32,000 nt of DNA from Phycisphaera mikurensis NBRC 102666. GTDB taxonomy: Bacteria; Planctomycetota; Phycisphaerae; Phycisphaerales; Phycisphaeraceae. The translations under genes were made by a program, and so were the position numbers. Positions 1 through 11,154 of this stretch are shown here, one piece after another. A model generated the notes under the pieces. The model was not told where the DNA came from and did not search any database. It was given only the letters and a program-made list of their open reading frames with translations. The stretch covers positions 1,590,001-1,622,000 of the forward strand of contig NC_017080.1 of NCBI RefSeq assembly GCF_000284115.1, in the 5' to 3' direction. Positions within the stretch are counted from its first letter, which is position 1. Each line of letters begins with the position of its first letter.

Positions 1-130
1 GCTGGTCGATCAGCGACGCCGGCAGCGCCGACCGGCCCATCGCGTGCGTCACGAACGCCCCGTGCACGAAGACGACGGGGCGCCCGGAAGAGGCGGCGCC
101 GAAGCGGTCGGAGGCGAGCGTGTGCCGCAT
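1..130 (-). CDS. alpha/beta-hydrolase-like protein, N-terminal fragment (gene runs off the left edge)
   Basis: Not in the ORF track because it is too short. The reverse complement of 1-130 reads MRHTLASDRFGAASSGRPVVFVHGAFVTHAMGRSALPASLIDQ. The PVVFVHG stretch resembles the first strand/oxyanion region of alpha/beta hydrolases. An in-frame GTG at 148 is an alternative start. Only 43 codons are visible, so the call is weak. Confidence 0.3.
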   Translation of the reverse strand, partial: MRHTLASDRFGAASSGRPVVFVHGAFVTHAMGRSALPASLIDQ

Positions 131-222
131 GCCCGCGTTGTAGCCCACTGTGCGCCGGCTCCTGGTCCCTTGGCCTCGCGGGCCGGGCCGAGCGTGGCGC
201 ACGATGCTCTAGCGTCGGCCGC

Positions 223-1257
223 GTGGACGGCTCGTCGTCAACGCGAGAGGTGAGGGCGGCGCTCGCGGCGTCGCTGACCGCAACCGGGCTCGCCGGGAGC
301 GGCACGCTCTTGATCGCGTGCTCGGGCGGCGGCGACTCGGTGGCTCTGCTGCGTGCGCTGCTGGATCTCCGCGGCAAGCGCGGCTTCGCGTACGCCCTCC
401 GCGTGGCCCACGTCGACCACGGCTTGCGCTCGGAGAGCGGGCGGGACGCCGCGTGGGTCGCCGCTCTCGCCGCGTCTTTGGGCGTGGCCGCGGCCACGCT
501 GCGGATCGACTGCGACGGCTTGGGGAACCCGGAGGCGCGGGCACGCGTGCGTCGCTACGCGGCGCTCGCCGACGCGGCGGCGGCCGCGGGCGCCGCCGCC
601 GTGCTGACCGCCCACTCCGCGGACGACCAGCTCGAGACGCTGCTGATGCGGCTGATCCGCGGCGCCGGGACCCGCGGCATGTCGGGGATCCCGGCCGAGC
701 GCCCGCTCGCTCCCGGCGTCCGCCTCGTCCGCCCGCTGCTGCGCGTCCCCCGCGACACGCTCCGGGCCTTCCTCGCCGAGCGGGAGCAGCCCTTCCTGCA
801 CGACCCGACCAACGACGATCCCTCCCGCCTCCGCGCCCGCCTCCGGCGCGACGTGCTGCCCGTGCTCGCCGACGTGCGGCCCGGCGTCGCCGGGAACGCC
901 GTCGCGCTCGCGGAGGACCTGCGCGACGCCGACCACGCCCTCGCCTGGGCCGCACGCGGCGTCGTCTTCCCGCTCTCCCGCGGGGATGCGCGGGCGCTGC
1001 CGGCGGCCGTGCTGCACGCCGCGCTTCGTCGCGAGCTCGACGCCGCCGGCGTGCCCGCCGATCGGCGGAACCGGGACCGACGCCGCGCGATGGTCCGCGC
1101 CTGCCGCGACGGGAGCGGGGCGGTGCGGGTCTTCGAGCTGGCGCCGCTGCAGCTGCGCGTCGAGCGGGACCGCGTGCGTCTGATCCGCGGCGACGGTCGC
1201 GGGGCCCAGGAGCAGCCGCCGCGGCCCCGTCGCCGCTCCCGCCCCCGCTCCGCGTGA
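223..1257 (+). CDS. tilS: tRNA(Ile)-lysidine synthetase
   Basis: 344-aa ORF with a GTG start. It has the PP-loop motif [14 protein letters not shown] near the N-terminus and the TilS-type block [28 protein letters not shown]. Confidence 0.85.
   Translation: MDGSSSTREVRAALAASLTATGLAGSGTLLIACSGGGDSVALLRALLDLRGKRGFAYALRVAHVDHGLRSESGRDAAWVAALAASLGVAAATLRIDCDGLGNPEARARVRRYAALADAAAAAGAAAVLTAHSADDQLETLLMRLIRGAGTRGMSGIPAERPLAPGVRLVRPLLRVPRDTLRAFLAEREQPFLHDPTNDDPSRLRARLRRDVLPVLADVRPGVAGNAVALAEDLRDADHALAWAARGVVFPLSRGDARALPAAVLHAALRRELDAAGVPADRRNRDRRRAMVRACRDGSGAVRVFELAPLQLRVERDRVRLIRGDGRGAQEQPPRPRRRSRPRSA
617..662. repeat. BP46 bipartite palindrome, degenerate copy inside tilS
   Basis: CCGCGGACGA (617-626), a 26-nt spacer, then TGATCCGCGG (653-662). 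The arms match the consensus 8/10 and 8/10. The 7-bp core CCGCGGA/TCCGCGG is perfectly complementary and the spacing is identical to the perfect copies. Confidence 0.4.
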
Positions 1258-1332
1258 TCCTGCCGGATGCCATCGACGGCGCCGACGGCGCCGACGAGGC
1301 CGCTGGCCGCGCCCGCGGACGGGCGGAGGGGA

Positions 1333-3237
1333 TCAACCCCCCGCCAGAGCGGCCTCTTCGACGCCGCCGGACTCCAGCTGCACCCGGATCATGCCCCGGT
1401 ACACCCCGCCGGCCTCCATCAGCTCCGCGTGCGTCCCGCGCTCGAGCACCTCGCCGCGGTCGATCACCACGATCTGGTCCGCCCCGGTGATCGTCGACAG
1501 CCGGTGGGCGATGACGAAGCTGGTCCGGTCCTCCATCAGCCGCGCGAGCGAGCCCTGGATCAGCCGCTCGCTCTCGGTGTCCAGCGCCGAGGTCGCCTCG
1601 TCGAGGATCAGCACCCGCGGGTCCGCGAGCACCGCGCGGGCGATCGCGAGGCGCTGGCGCTGCCCGCCGGAGAGCTTCACGCCGCGCTCGCCGATCTTCG
1701 TGTCGTAGCCGTGCTCGAGGTCGAGGATGAAGCCGTGCGCGTTCGCGTCGCGGGCCGCGGCCTCGATCATCTGCGGCGTCGCGTCGCGGCGGCCGTAGGC
1801 AATGTTGTCGCGGATCGTCCCGTCGAAGAGGAACACGTCCTGCTCGACGATGCCCAGCAACCGCCGGTAGCTGTCGACGTCGACGTCCCGCAGGTCGCGG
1901 CCGTCGAGCGTGATGCTCCCGCTGGTGACGTCGTAGAAGCGGGCGATGAGGTTGCAGAGCGTCGTCTTGCCGGCGCCGGAGGGGCCCACGAAGGCGGTGG
2001 TCGTGCCCGGCTCGGCCAGGAGGCTGACGTCGCTGAGCACCGCCTTCCCGCTCTTGGGGTAGCGGAACCCGACGTGCTTGAGCTCGACCCGCCCGAGCAC
2101 CACGTCCCGGTCGAGCTTCGCCGGCGGCGTGTCGCCGCGCCGGGCCGCGACGTCCGCGAACTCCCGCGGCTCGTCCATCACGTCCAGCACGCGCTCCATC
2201 GCGGCGAGCCCGTTCTGCAGCTGCGTCGCGGTCGCGGCGAGCGTGGAGATCGGACCCAGCAGCATGCCCAGGTACAGAAGGAAGATCGTCAGCTCGCCGA
2301 TCGTGAGCGCCTGCCCCGCCGCGAGGGCACCGGCCGCGACGGCCTCGCGGTCGCCGAGGATGCGGTACGCCCCGTACAGCAGCAGCAGCGAGCTCGCCAG
2401 CGGGATCAGCACCGCCCAGGCGGTGTCCACGCCGCGCATCCACCACCAGCCGTGCAGCTCCTGGCGGATCATGTAGTCGTTGCCACGCACGAAGGCGTTG
2501 GTCTCGGTGCGGGCCCGCCCGAAGCCGCGGACGATCCGCATGCCGCCGAAGGTCTCGGTCGCGTCGCCGTCGATCTCCCGCCGCGTGCCGCGGATGCTCC
2601 GCCAGATCGGGCGGATCCGGCTGATCCACGTCCGGTGGGTGATCCACACCAGCGGCAGCACGGCGAGCCCGAGCGCCAGCAGGCGCCAATCGATGAAGGC
2701 GAGGACGGCCAGCGATCCGCACAGCTGGACGACCGCCTTCCACGGGTTGTAGATCATGTTGAAGAGCAGCTCGCCGATCGCGCCCGCGTCGTCGCGGAGC
2801 AGGCTGCTCACGCCGCCGGACTTCAGCTCCTGGACCCGGTGCAGGGGCAGGCGCGAGGCGTGCTCGAACAGGTCCGTCCGCGCGTCCACCTGCACCCGCT
2901 TGCTGATGCGGGTGGCCTGCCAGCGCGACCAGAGGCCCAGCAGCACCGCCGCGAGGCTGAGGACCACCGCCGCGACGACGACCGCGAGGGCGAGACTCCG
3001 CGTGCCCAGCCCGCCGAACCAACTCCGGGCCGGGCCCGGCAGCGGGACGTCGCCGAGCACCGAATCGAAGACGATCTTCACCGCGTACGGCGGTGCCAGC
3101 GCCAGAAGCGTCGCCACCGAGAGCACCGCCAGCGAGGCGGCCATCATCCACCGGTGGTGCCCGAGGATCCGCCAGAACGCCCCGATCATCTCCAGGATCC
3201 CGCGGTTGCGATCGCGGGAGACGGCCGAGCCGTCCAT
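1333..3237 (-). CDS. ABC transporter, fused permease/ATP-binding protein (type I exporter, MsbA/MdlB-like)
   Basis: Walker [13 protein letters not shown] signature [14 protein letters not shown], Walker [14 protein letters not shown]-loop IAHRLSTI, and an N-terminal six-helix-type membrane domain. I prefer the ATG at 3237 because GAGGA lies 7 nt upstream (CGAGGACACGCAGATG). In-frame ATGs at 3324 and 3543 are less likely. Confidence 0.88.
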   Translation of the reverse strand: MDGSAVSRDRNRGILEMIGAFWRILGHHRWMMAASLAVLSVATLLALAPPYAVKIVFDSVLGDVPLPGPARSWFGGLGTRSLALAVVVAAVVLSLAAVLLGLWSRWQATRISKRVQVDARTDLFEHASRLPLHRVQELKSGGVSSLLRDDAGAIGELLFNMIYNPWKAVVQLCGSLAVLAFIDWRLLALGLAVLPLVWITHRTWISRIRPIWRSIRGTRREIDGDATETFGGMRIVRGFGRARTETNAFVRGNDYMIRQELHGWWWMRGVDTAWAVLIPLASSLLLLYGAYRILGDREAVAAGALAAGQALTIGELTIFLLYLGMLLGPISTLAATATQLQNGLAAMERVLDVMDEPREFADVAARRGDTPPAKLDRDVVLGRVELKHVGFRYPKSGKAVLSDVSLLAEPGTTTAFVGPSGAGKTTLCNLIARFYDVTSGSITLDGRDLRDVDVDSYRRLLGIVEQDVFLFDGTIRDNIAYGRRDATPQMIEAAARDANAHGFILDLEHGYDTKIGERGVKLSGGQRQRLAIARAVLADPRVLILDEATSALDTESERLIQGSLARLMEDRTSFVIAHRLSTITGADQIVVIDRGEVLERGTHAELMEAGGVYRGMIRVQLESGGVEEAALAGG

Positions 3238-3322
3238 CTGCGTGTCCTCGTTGTTCTCCCGCCGCGCCCTCGCGGTCACCTTCCACTGCTCGAATCGCGT
3301 GGATGACGCTTGCGTCCTGCTC

Positions 3323-6205
<2,883 letters not shown>

Positions 6206-6249
6206 GGGACGCCCGCCGCTCCCGCTCCGCCGCGACCCGCCCCCCTGGC

Positions 6250-6990
6250 CGGGCAGCCCGACGCTCGCTCCAGGTCCTTCGCGACAAGCAGACAGAGCGG
6301 CGTCGCCGCTCAGCCTGGCCGCGCTAGCTGCGTGGCGACGCCACGCTGTCCGAGCCGCGGTCCGGCTCCTTCGCGCACAAGGCAGACAGAGCGGCGTCGC
6401 CGCTCAGCTCTCGGAGCCAGCCTGGCCGCGTTAGCTGCCTGGCGACGCCACGCTGTCCGCGTCGCCGATCCAGCTTCTTCGCGCACAAGCAGACAGAGCG
6501 GCGTCGCCGCTCAGCTCTCCCCGCCAGCCTGGCCGCGCTAGCTGCGTGGCGACGCCACGCTGTCCGAGCCCCGATCCAGCTCCCTCGCGCACAAGCAGAC
6601 AGAGCGGCATCGCCGCTCAGCTCTCGCCGCCAGCTTGGCCGCGGTCGCTGCGTGGCGACGCCACGCTGTCCGGGCCCCGATCCAGCTCCCTCGCGCACAA
6701 GCAGACAGAGCGGCATCGCCGCTCAGCTCTCGGAGCCAGCTTGGCCGCGCTAGCTGCGTGGCGACGCCACGCTGTCCGGGCCCCGATCCAGCTCCCTCGC
6801 GCACAAGCAGACAGAGCGGCATCGCCGCTCAGCTCTCCCCGCCACCCTGGCCGCGCTAGCTGCGTGGCGACGCCACGCTGTCCGAGCCGCCGATCCAGCT
6901 CCTTCGCGCACAAGCCAGACAGAGCGGCGTCGCCGCTCCGCTCTCGATGCCACCCTGGCCGCGATAGCTGCGTCGCGACTCGCTCGCGCC
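6250..6990. repeat. Non-coding tandem array, 106-107-bp unit x ~7, two palindromes per unit
   Basis: The landmark CTAGCTGCGTGGCGACGCCACGCTGTCC recurs at 6324, 6431, 6538, 6644, 6750 and 6856 (periods 107, 107, 106, 106, 106). A degenerate 7th start is at 6964 and a half-unit lies upstream (~6262-6323). Each unit holds GCGTGGCG-A-CGCCACGC (centres 6338, 6445, 6552, 6658, 6764, 6870) and GAGCGGC-NTC-GCCGCTC (centres 6303, 6397, 6504, 6610, 6716, 6822, 6930). The period is not divisible by 3. The ORF-track peptides here are frame-shifted Arg/Ala/Pro-rich versions of each other. Confidence 0.9.
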
Positions 6991-7049
6991 CTGCGTTTGG
7001 GGCTCGTTTCCACCAGCCCGGCCGCGGCGCGCGGAGAGGATCCGCGACC

Positions 7050-7514
7050 TCAGACCGACGAGGACTCGAGCTGCTTGATCAGCTCGTACATCTCCTCGCC
7101 GTTCGTGCAGGCTTTCATCTGCCCGCGCACGGCGACATCGATGAGCATCTGGCTGATCTTGGAGAGGGCGGTGATGTGCGGGCCGGTCTGGTCGATCGGG
7201 CTCGCGAGCAAGATGATGAGCTCGACGGGCTTGCCATCGATGCTGCCAAAGTCCAGCGGCTCCTTCGTGCGGCCGATCGCCATCCGGAGGCTGTCCACGC
7301 CATCCGTCTTGCCGTGGGGCACCGCGATGCCGCCGCCGATGCCGGTGGTGCGGGTGGTCTCCCGCTTCCAGATCGCAGCCTTGAGCTCTTCGGGATCCTC
7401 GACGCCGGTCTGCTCGACGAGCAGGTCGGCGAGCTCGAAGATGGCGTCCTGCTTGTCCGTCGAAGACAGCGGGATGCGGATGCACGCGGGGGTCAGCAGG
7501 GAGGTCAGCTTCAT
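7050..7514 (-). CDS. ptsN: PTS EIIA(Ntr)-type regulatory protein (fructose/mannitol-family EIIA domain only)
   Basis: 154 aa from the internal ATG at 7514 (MKLTSLLTPACIRIPL...). It has the phosphorylatable-His block GIGGGIAVPHGKTDGV and ends LIILLASP...HITALSKISQML. The upstream part of ORF 7050..7673 is Pro/Arg-rich and looks non-coding. Confidence 0.75.
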   Translation of the reverse strand: MKLTSLLTPACIRIPLSSTDKQDAIFELADLLVEQTGVEDPEELKAAIWKRETTRTTGIGGGIAVPHGKTDGVDSLRMAIGRTKEPLDFGSIDGKPVELIILLASPIDQTGPHITALSKISQMLIDVAVRGQMKACTNGEEMYELIKQLESSSV

Positions 7515-7647
7515 CGTCGCTTCGGGGGCGGCACGGTTGGGCGGAGAGGGTAAAGCCGTACGCATCCCCGTGTGGCGGTGCCGGGCCCGCTCGCCGGGCG
7601 GGAGAGGGCGGCGCGGGCAACGGAGCGGCCCGGGGTAGCCTCGCGGC

Positions 7648-9681
7648 GTGAGCGCCACCTCCGAGCCCGTCACCCCGCCCGACCGAACGGCTTGCGATCA
7701 GGAGGCCGTGCCGCCGTCGGCTCCGGCGGCTCTGCTCGCCCCGCTGAAGCGGGCCTTCGGGCATGGCGGGTTCCGGCCGATGCAGCAGCGGATCGTCGAG
7801 GACGCCGTCGCCGGGCGGGACGTGCTGGTCATCCTGCCCACCGGCGGCGGCAAGAGCCTGTGCTATCAGCTGCCGGCCGTGGCCGAAGCGGAGGCCTGGG
7901 AGCAGCGGCGGGAGGGCCCGCGGCCGATGACGGTGGTGGTGTCCCCGCTGATCGCCCTCATGCAGAACCAGGTGGAGGCGCTCCGCGCCAACGGCGTCAA
8001 GGCAGGCTACCTCAACTCGTCCATGGACTTCGAGGAGGCCCGCCGCGTGCAGCACGAGGCCGAAACCGGCGGGCTGGACCTGGTCTACCTCGCTCCCGAG
8101 CGGATGATGAGCGAGCACGGCCGCGCGTGGCTGTCGCGGCTGCACGTCACCCGCTTCGCCATCGACGAGGCGCACTGCATCAGCGCGTGGGGGCACGACT
8201 TCCGCCCCGAGTACCGCATGCTCGGCGAGCTGCGGACCGGCTTCGGCGACCGCTTCCGGGGCGTGCCGATGATGGCGCTCACCGCGACCGCCACGCCCCG
8301 CGTCGCCGACGACGTGGTGGCGCAGCTGGGCCTCGGCGGCGACGCGAAGCCCGGCGAGGCCGGCGCGGTCGCGGTCCACCGCGGCGGGTTCGAGCGGCCC
8401 AACCTCTTCTACGAGGTGCGCCCCAAGCGGAAGGTGGTCGAGCAGATCGCCGCGATGCTCGAGGCCGACGACACCGCCGAGGGCATCGTCTACTGCGGCA
8501 GCCGCAAGAAGTGCGAGGAGATCGCCGAGCAGCTGCAGGCCGCCGGCCTGCCGGCGCTCCCGTACCACGCCGGGCTCGACGCGGAGACCCGCGCGGAGAA
8601 CCAGCACGGCTTCATCTACGGCGACTGCCGGCTCGTCGCCGCGACGATCGCTTTCGGCATGGGGGTGGACAAGCCGGACGTCCGCTTCGTGGTGCACGCC
8701 GACCTGCCGCAGAACCTCGAGGGCTACTACCAGGAAACCGGCCGCGCCGGCCGCGACGGCCTGCCCGGCAAGTGCGTGCTCTTCTACTCCGGCGGCGACC
8801 GGGCCCGCGTGGAGTTCTTCATTAACAAGAAGGAGGACCCCCAGGAGCGTGAGCACGCCCAGGAGCAGCTCGAGAAGATGATCAAGTACTGCCACACGAC
8901 GGGGTGCCGCACGGCCTTCGTCCTGCGGCACTTCGGCGACGAGCTGGCCCGGGTCGCGCCCGCGACCGGTGCCCACGCCGGCGGCGAGGCCGGCGTGGAG
9001 CGACCGCCGGGCCGGTGCGGCCACTGCGACAACTGCGTGAACCCGCCGAAGACCAGGGACGTGACCCAGGACGCGCGGAAGCTGCTCTCGGCCATCGCCC
9101 GGACCGGCCAGCGTTACGGCCTTTCCTACGTCTTCGACGTGCTGCGGGGATCGCGGGCGGCCAAGGTGCTCGAACGCGAGCACGACGGCCTCTCGGTGCA
9201 CGGGATCGGCAAAGACCAGCCTGTCGGCCACTGGCGGGCGCTGGCCGAGCACCTGGTGCAGGAGGGCCACCTCGCCTTCACCCACGACGGCTTCCGGGTC
9301 GCGCTGCTGACGGCGACGAGCAAGGACGTCATGCGGGGCGAGGTCCCGGTGGAGCTTGCGGTGAGTCGCGCCGTCGACCCCCGCGCGGGCGGGCCCGAAA
9401 GCGAGCGGATGGCGCAGGGCAAGCGGCGCCGCGCCGCCGCCGCGCAAGCCGAGCTCTCCCCCGACGCGGCGGACCTCTTCGAGAAGCTGCGGGCGCTGCG
9501 GGCCGAGCTCGCCGAGGAGCAGGGCGTGCCGCCCTACATCGTCTTCGGCGACGCGACGCTGCTGGAGATGGCGACGCGTCGGCCGCAGAGCGACCACGAG
9601 CTGCTGGCGATCTCAGGCGTCGGGCAGACGAAGCTGCAGCGCTACGGGGACCCATTCCGCCAGGCGATCCGGGAGGCTTGA
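7648..9681 (+). CDS. recQ: ATP-dependent DNA helicase RecQ
   Basis: 677 aa with a GTG start. Motif 0/I FGHGGFRPMQQRIV...LPTGGGKSLCYQLPA, DEAH box AIDEAHCISAWGHDFRPEY, a Cys cluster CHTTGC...CGHCDNC, and a C-terminal HRDC-like block LFEKLRALRAELAEEQGVPPYIVFGDATLLEMA. Confidence 0.92.
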   Translation: MSATSEPVTPPDRTACDQEAVPPSAPAALLAPLKRAFGHGGFRPMQQRIVEDAVAGRDVLVILPTGGGKSLCYQLPAVAEAEAWEQRREGPRPMTVVVSPLIALMQNQVEALRANGVKAGYLNSSMDFEEARRVQHEAETGGLDLVYLAPERMMSEHGRAWLSRLHVTRFAIDEAHCISAWGHDFRPEYRMLGELRTGFGDRFRGVPMMALTATATPRVADDVVAQLGLGGDAKPGEAGAVAVHRGGFERPNLFYEVRPKRKVVEQIAAMLEADDTAEGIVYCGSRKKCEEIAEQLQAAGLPALPYHAGLDAETRAENQHGFIYGDCRLVAATIAFGMGVDKPDVRFVVHADLPQNLEGYYQETGRAGRDGLPGKCVLFYSGGDRARVEFFINKKEDPQEREHAQEQLEKMIKYCHTTGCRTAFVLRHFGDELARVAPATGAHAGGEAGVERPPGRCGHCDNCVNPPKTRDVTQDARKLLSAIARTGQRYGLSYVFDVLRGSRAAKVLEREHDGLSVHGIGKDQPVGHWRALAEHLVQEGHLAFTHDGFRVALLTATSKDVMRGEVPVELAVSRAVDPRAGGPESERMAQGKRRRAAAAQAELSPDAADLFEKLRALRAELAEEQGVPPYIVFGDATLLEMATRRPQSDHELLAISGVGQTKLQRYGDPFRQAIREA

Positions 9682-9685
9682 CCGG

Positions 9686-9750
9686 CCGCGGACCCCGCGG
9701 ACCCCGCGGACCGTCGGCGTTTCGACACGGTTTCGATCACGGTCCGCGGG
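9686..9750. repeat. BP46 bipartite palindrome, perfect intergenic copy with triplicated left arm (possible recQ terminator hairpin)
   Basis: CCGCGGACC occurs three times in tandem (9686-9712). CCGCGGACCG (9704-9713), a 26-nt spacer, then CGGTCCGCGG (9740-9749). Complementarity extends to 12 bp (9703-9714 / 9739-9750). The copy lies between the recQ stop (9681) and the apgM start (9861). Confidence 0.85.
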
Positions 9751-9860
9751 ATCGCTCCGCCGGCGATCCCCCGGCTCCGGACGTCTCCAGCCGGATCGCG
9801 ATCCTCTGCCGCCGCGGGGCCGCGTCGGGGGGAGGCCCCCCCCGTCCGTAGGCTGGCCGC

Positions 9861-11099
9861 ATGAAGAACGTGCTGATCATCCCGGACGGCGCGGCGGACG
9901 CGCCGCTGGAGCAGCTCGACGGGCGGACCGCGTTCGAGGCGGCGAAAACGCCGAACCTCGACGCGCTCTCGGGGCGGGGGAGGCTCGGCACGGCGAGGAC
10001 GACGCCCCGGGGCATGCCCTGCGGGAGCGACGTGTGCACGATGTCGCTGCTGGGCTACGACCCGGCGAGGTACCACACGGGCCGGGCTCCGCTGGAGGCG
10101 GCGGCCGGGGGCGTCGCGATGGGTCCGCAGGACTGGGTCTTCCGCGTCAATCTGGTCCACATCGCGGACCAGCGGATGCGGGATCACTCCGCGGGGCACA
10201 TCTCCTCCGGCGAGGGGGCGCGGCTGATGGCCGACTTCGCGGAGCGCTTCGACCGGCCCGGTTTCCGCTTCCACCCCGGCGTCAGCTACCGCAACCTGAT
10301 GACCGACGTGAGCGAGCGTGGCCGGGCGGAGGGGGAGGTGATCGAGTCGTGGGACCGGGTGAAGACGACGCCGCCGCACGACATCCTCGAAGCGCCGATC
10401 CGCAGGCACCTGCCCGTGGGCGGCCCGCTGGCGGAGGATCTCACGCGCCTGATCGCCGAGAGCGAGGTGTTCCTGCGCGACCACGAGGTCAACCGGACGC
10501 GCCGGGAGAACGGCGAGCTCCCGGCGACGCACCTGTGGCCCTGGGGGCAGGGCCGCAAGCCGGCGATGCCCACCTTCGAGCAGCGCTTCGGCAAGAGAGG
10601 GGCGATGATCACCGCGGTGGACCTGCTGGCGGGCATCGGGAGCTTCCTCGGGCTCGACCGGCTCGACGTGCCGGGGCAGACCAGCTACCACGACAACGAC
10701 TACGCGGCGACCGGGCGGCACGCCGCCGAGGCCATCGCCGGCTACGACTTCCTGGTGGTGCACGTGGAAGCGCCCGACGAGGCGAGCCACGCCGGCGACG
10801 CGGCGACGAAGGTGAAGGCGATCGAGGCGATCGACCGGCACGTCGTCGGGCCGGTGGTGGACGCGTTGAAGGCGGCCCGCGGCGACGACGGCGAGTGGCG
10901 GGTCCTGGTGATGCCGGATCACCACACCCGCGTGAGCACGCGGATGCACGACCCCACGCCGGTGCCCTTCCTGCTGGCGGGCTACAAGGTCGGCGGCGTC
11001 GTGCGGCGGACGCTGACGGAGAAGAACGCGGAGGCGAGCGACCTGCACGTGCAGCACGGGCACGAGCTGATGGAGCTGTTCCTCCGCCGGCCGAAGTGA
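9861..11099 (+). CDS. apgM: cofactor-independent phosphoglycerate mutase, archaeal type (ApgM family)
   Basis: 412 aa. The N-terminus MKNVLIIPDGAADAPLEQLDGRTAFEAAKTPNLDAL...GSDVCTMSLLGYDP..YHTGRAPLEAA is the characteristic ApgM/metalloenzyme-superfamily signature. A later block is VHVEAPDEASHAGD. Confidence 0.82.
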   Translation: MKNVLIIPDGAADAPLEQLDGRTAFEAAKTPNLDALSGRGRLGTARTTPRGMPCGSDVCTMSLLGYDPARYHTGRAPLEAAAGGVAMGPQDWVFRVNLVHIADQRMRDHSAGHISSGEGARLMADFAERFDRPGFRFHPGVSYRNLMTDVSERGRAEGEVIESWDRVKTTPPHDILEAPIRRHLPVGGPLAEDLTRLIAESEVFLRDHEVNRTRRENGELPATHLWPWGQGRKPAMPTFEQRFGKRGAMITAVDLLAGIGSFLGLDRLDVPGQTSYHDNDYAATGRHAAEAIAGYDFLVVHVEAPDEASHAGDAATKVKAIEAIDRHVVGPVVDALKAARGDDGEWRVLVMPDHHTRVSTRMHDPTPVPFLLAGYKVGGVVRRTLTEKNAEASDLHVQHGHELMELFLRRPK

Positions 11100-11154
11100 C
11101 GCCCCTCGCGCGGAATTGCCGTCGCCGCGCCAGCCGGAGCACGAGGCCGGGCCT

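Noticed and set aside
1313-1322. Solitary BP46 half-sites: CCGCGGAC-type left arms at 1313, 2525, 4602, 18795, 20273 and 24410, and right-arm-like sequences at 8372, 12132, 12881, 16227 and 23782
   Set aside because: None has a partner arm (5/10 matches or fewer) at the N26 position, so they were not counted as copies. CCGCGG-containing 7-mers are common here because of Ala/Asp/Arg/Gly codon usage.
6250-6990. CRISPR array or integron attC array as an explanation of the periodic repeats
   Set aside because: The whole 106-107-bp unit is repeated at roughly 85-95% identity by eye. There are no unique spacers between short repeats, no cassette ORFs between sites, and no cas or intI gene in the window. 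It is a plain tandem repeat.
6324-7013. ORF-track entries inside the array (e.g. 6324..6716 -, 6332..6541 +, 6538..6822 -, 6635..6859 +) as a repeat-protein gene
   Set aside because: The unit length is not a multiple of 3, so consecutive units are read in different frames. The peptides are Arg/Ala/Pro-rich, occur equally on both strands, and are simply translations of the same DNA repeat.
10162-10194. Inverted repeat TCGCGGACC ... ACTCCGCGG inside apgM as a further BP46 copy
   Set aside because: The spacer is 13 nt instead of 26 and the arms match only 8/10 each with a 6-bp core. This is consistent with chance from GCG-GAC / TCC-GCG codons.
11100-11154. GCGCGG-N11-CCGCGC inverted repeat between convergent apgM and GT2 as a bidirectional terminator
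   Set aside because: The stem is only 6 bp with no flanking T/A tracts, which makes it indistinguishable from background GC-rich self-complementarity.
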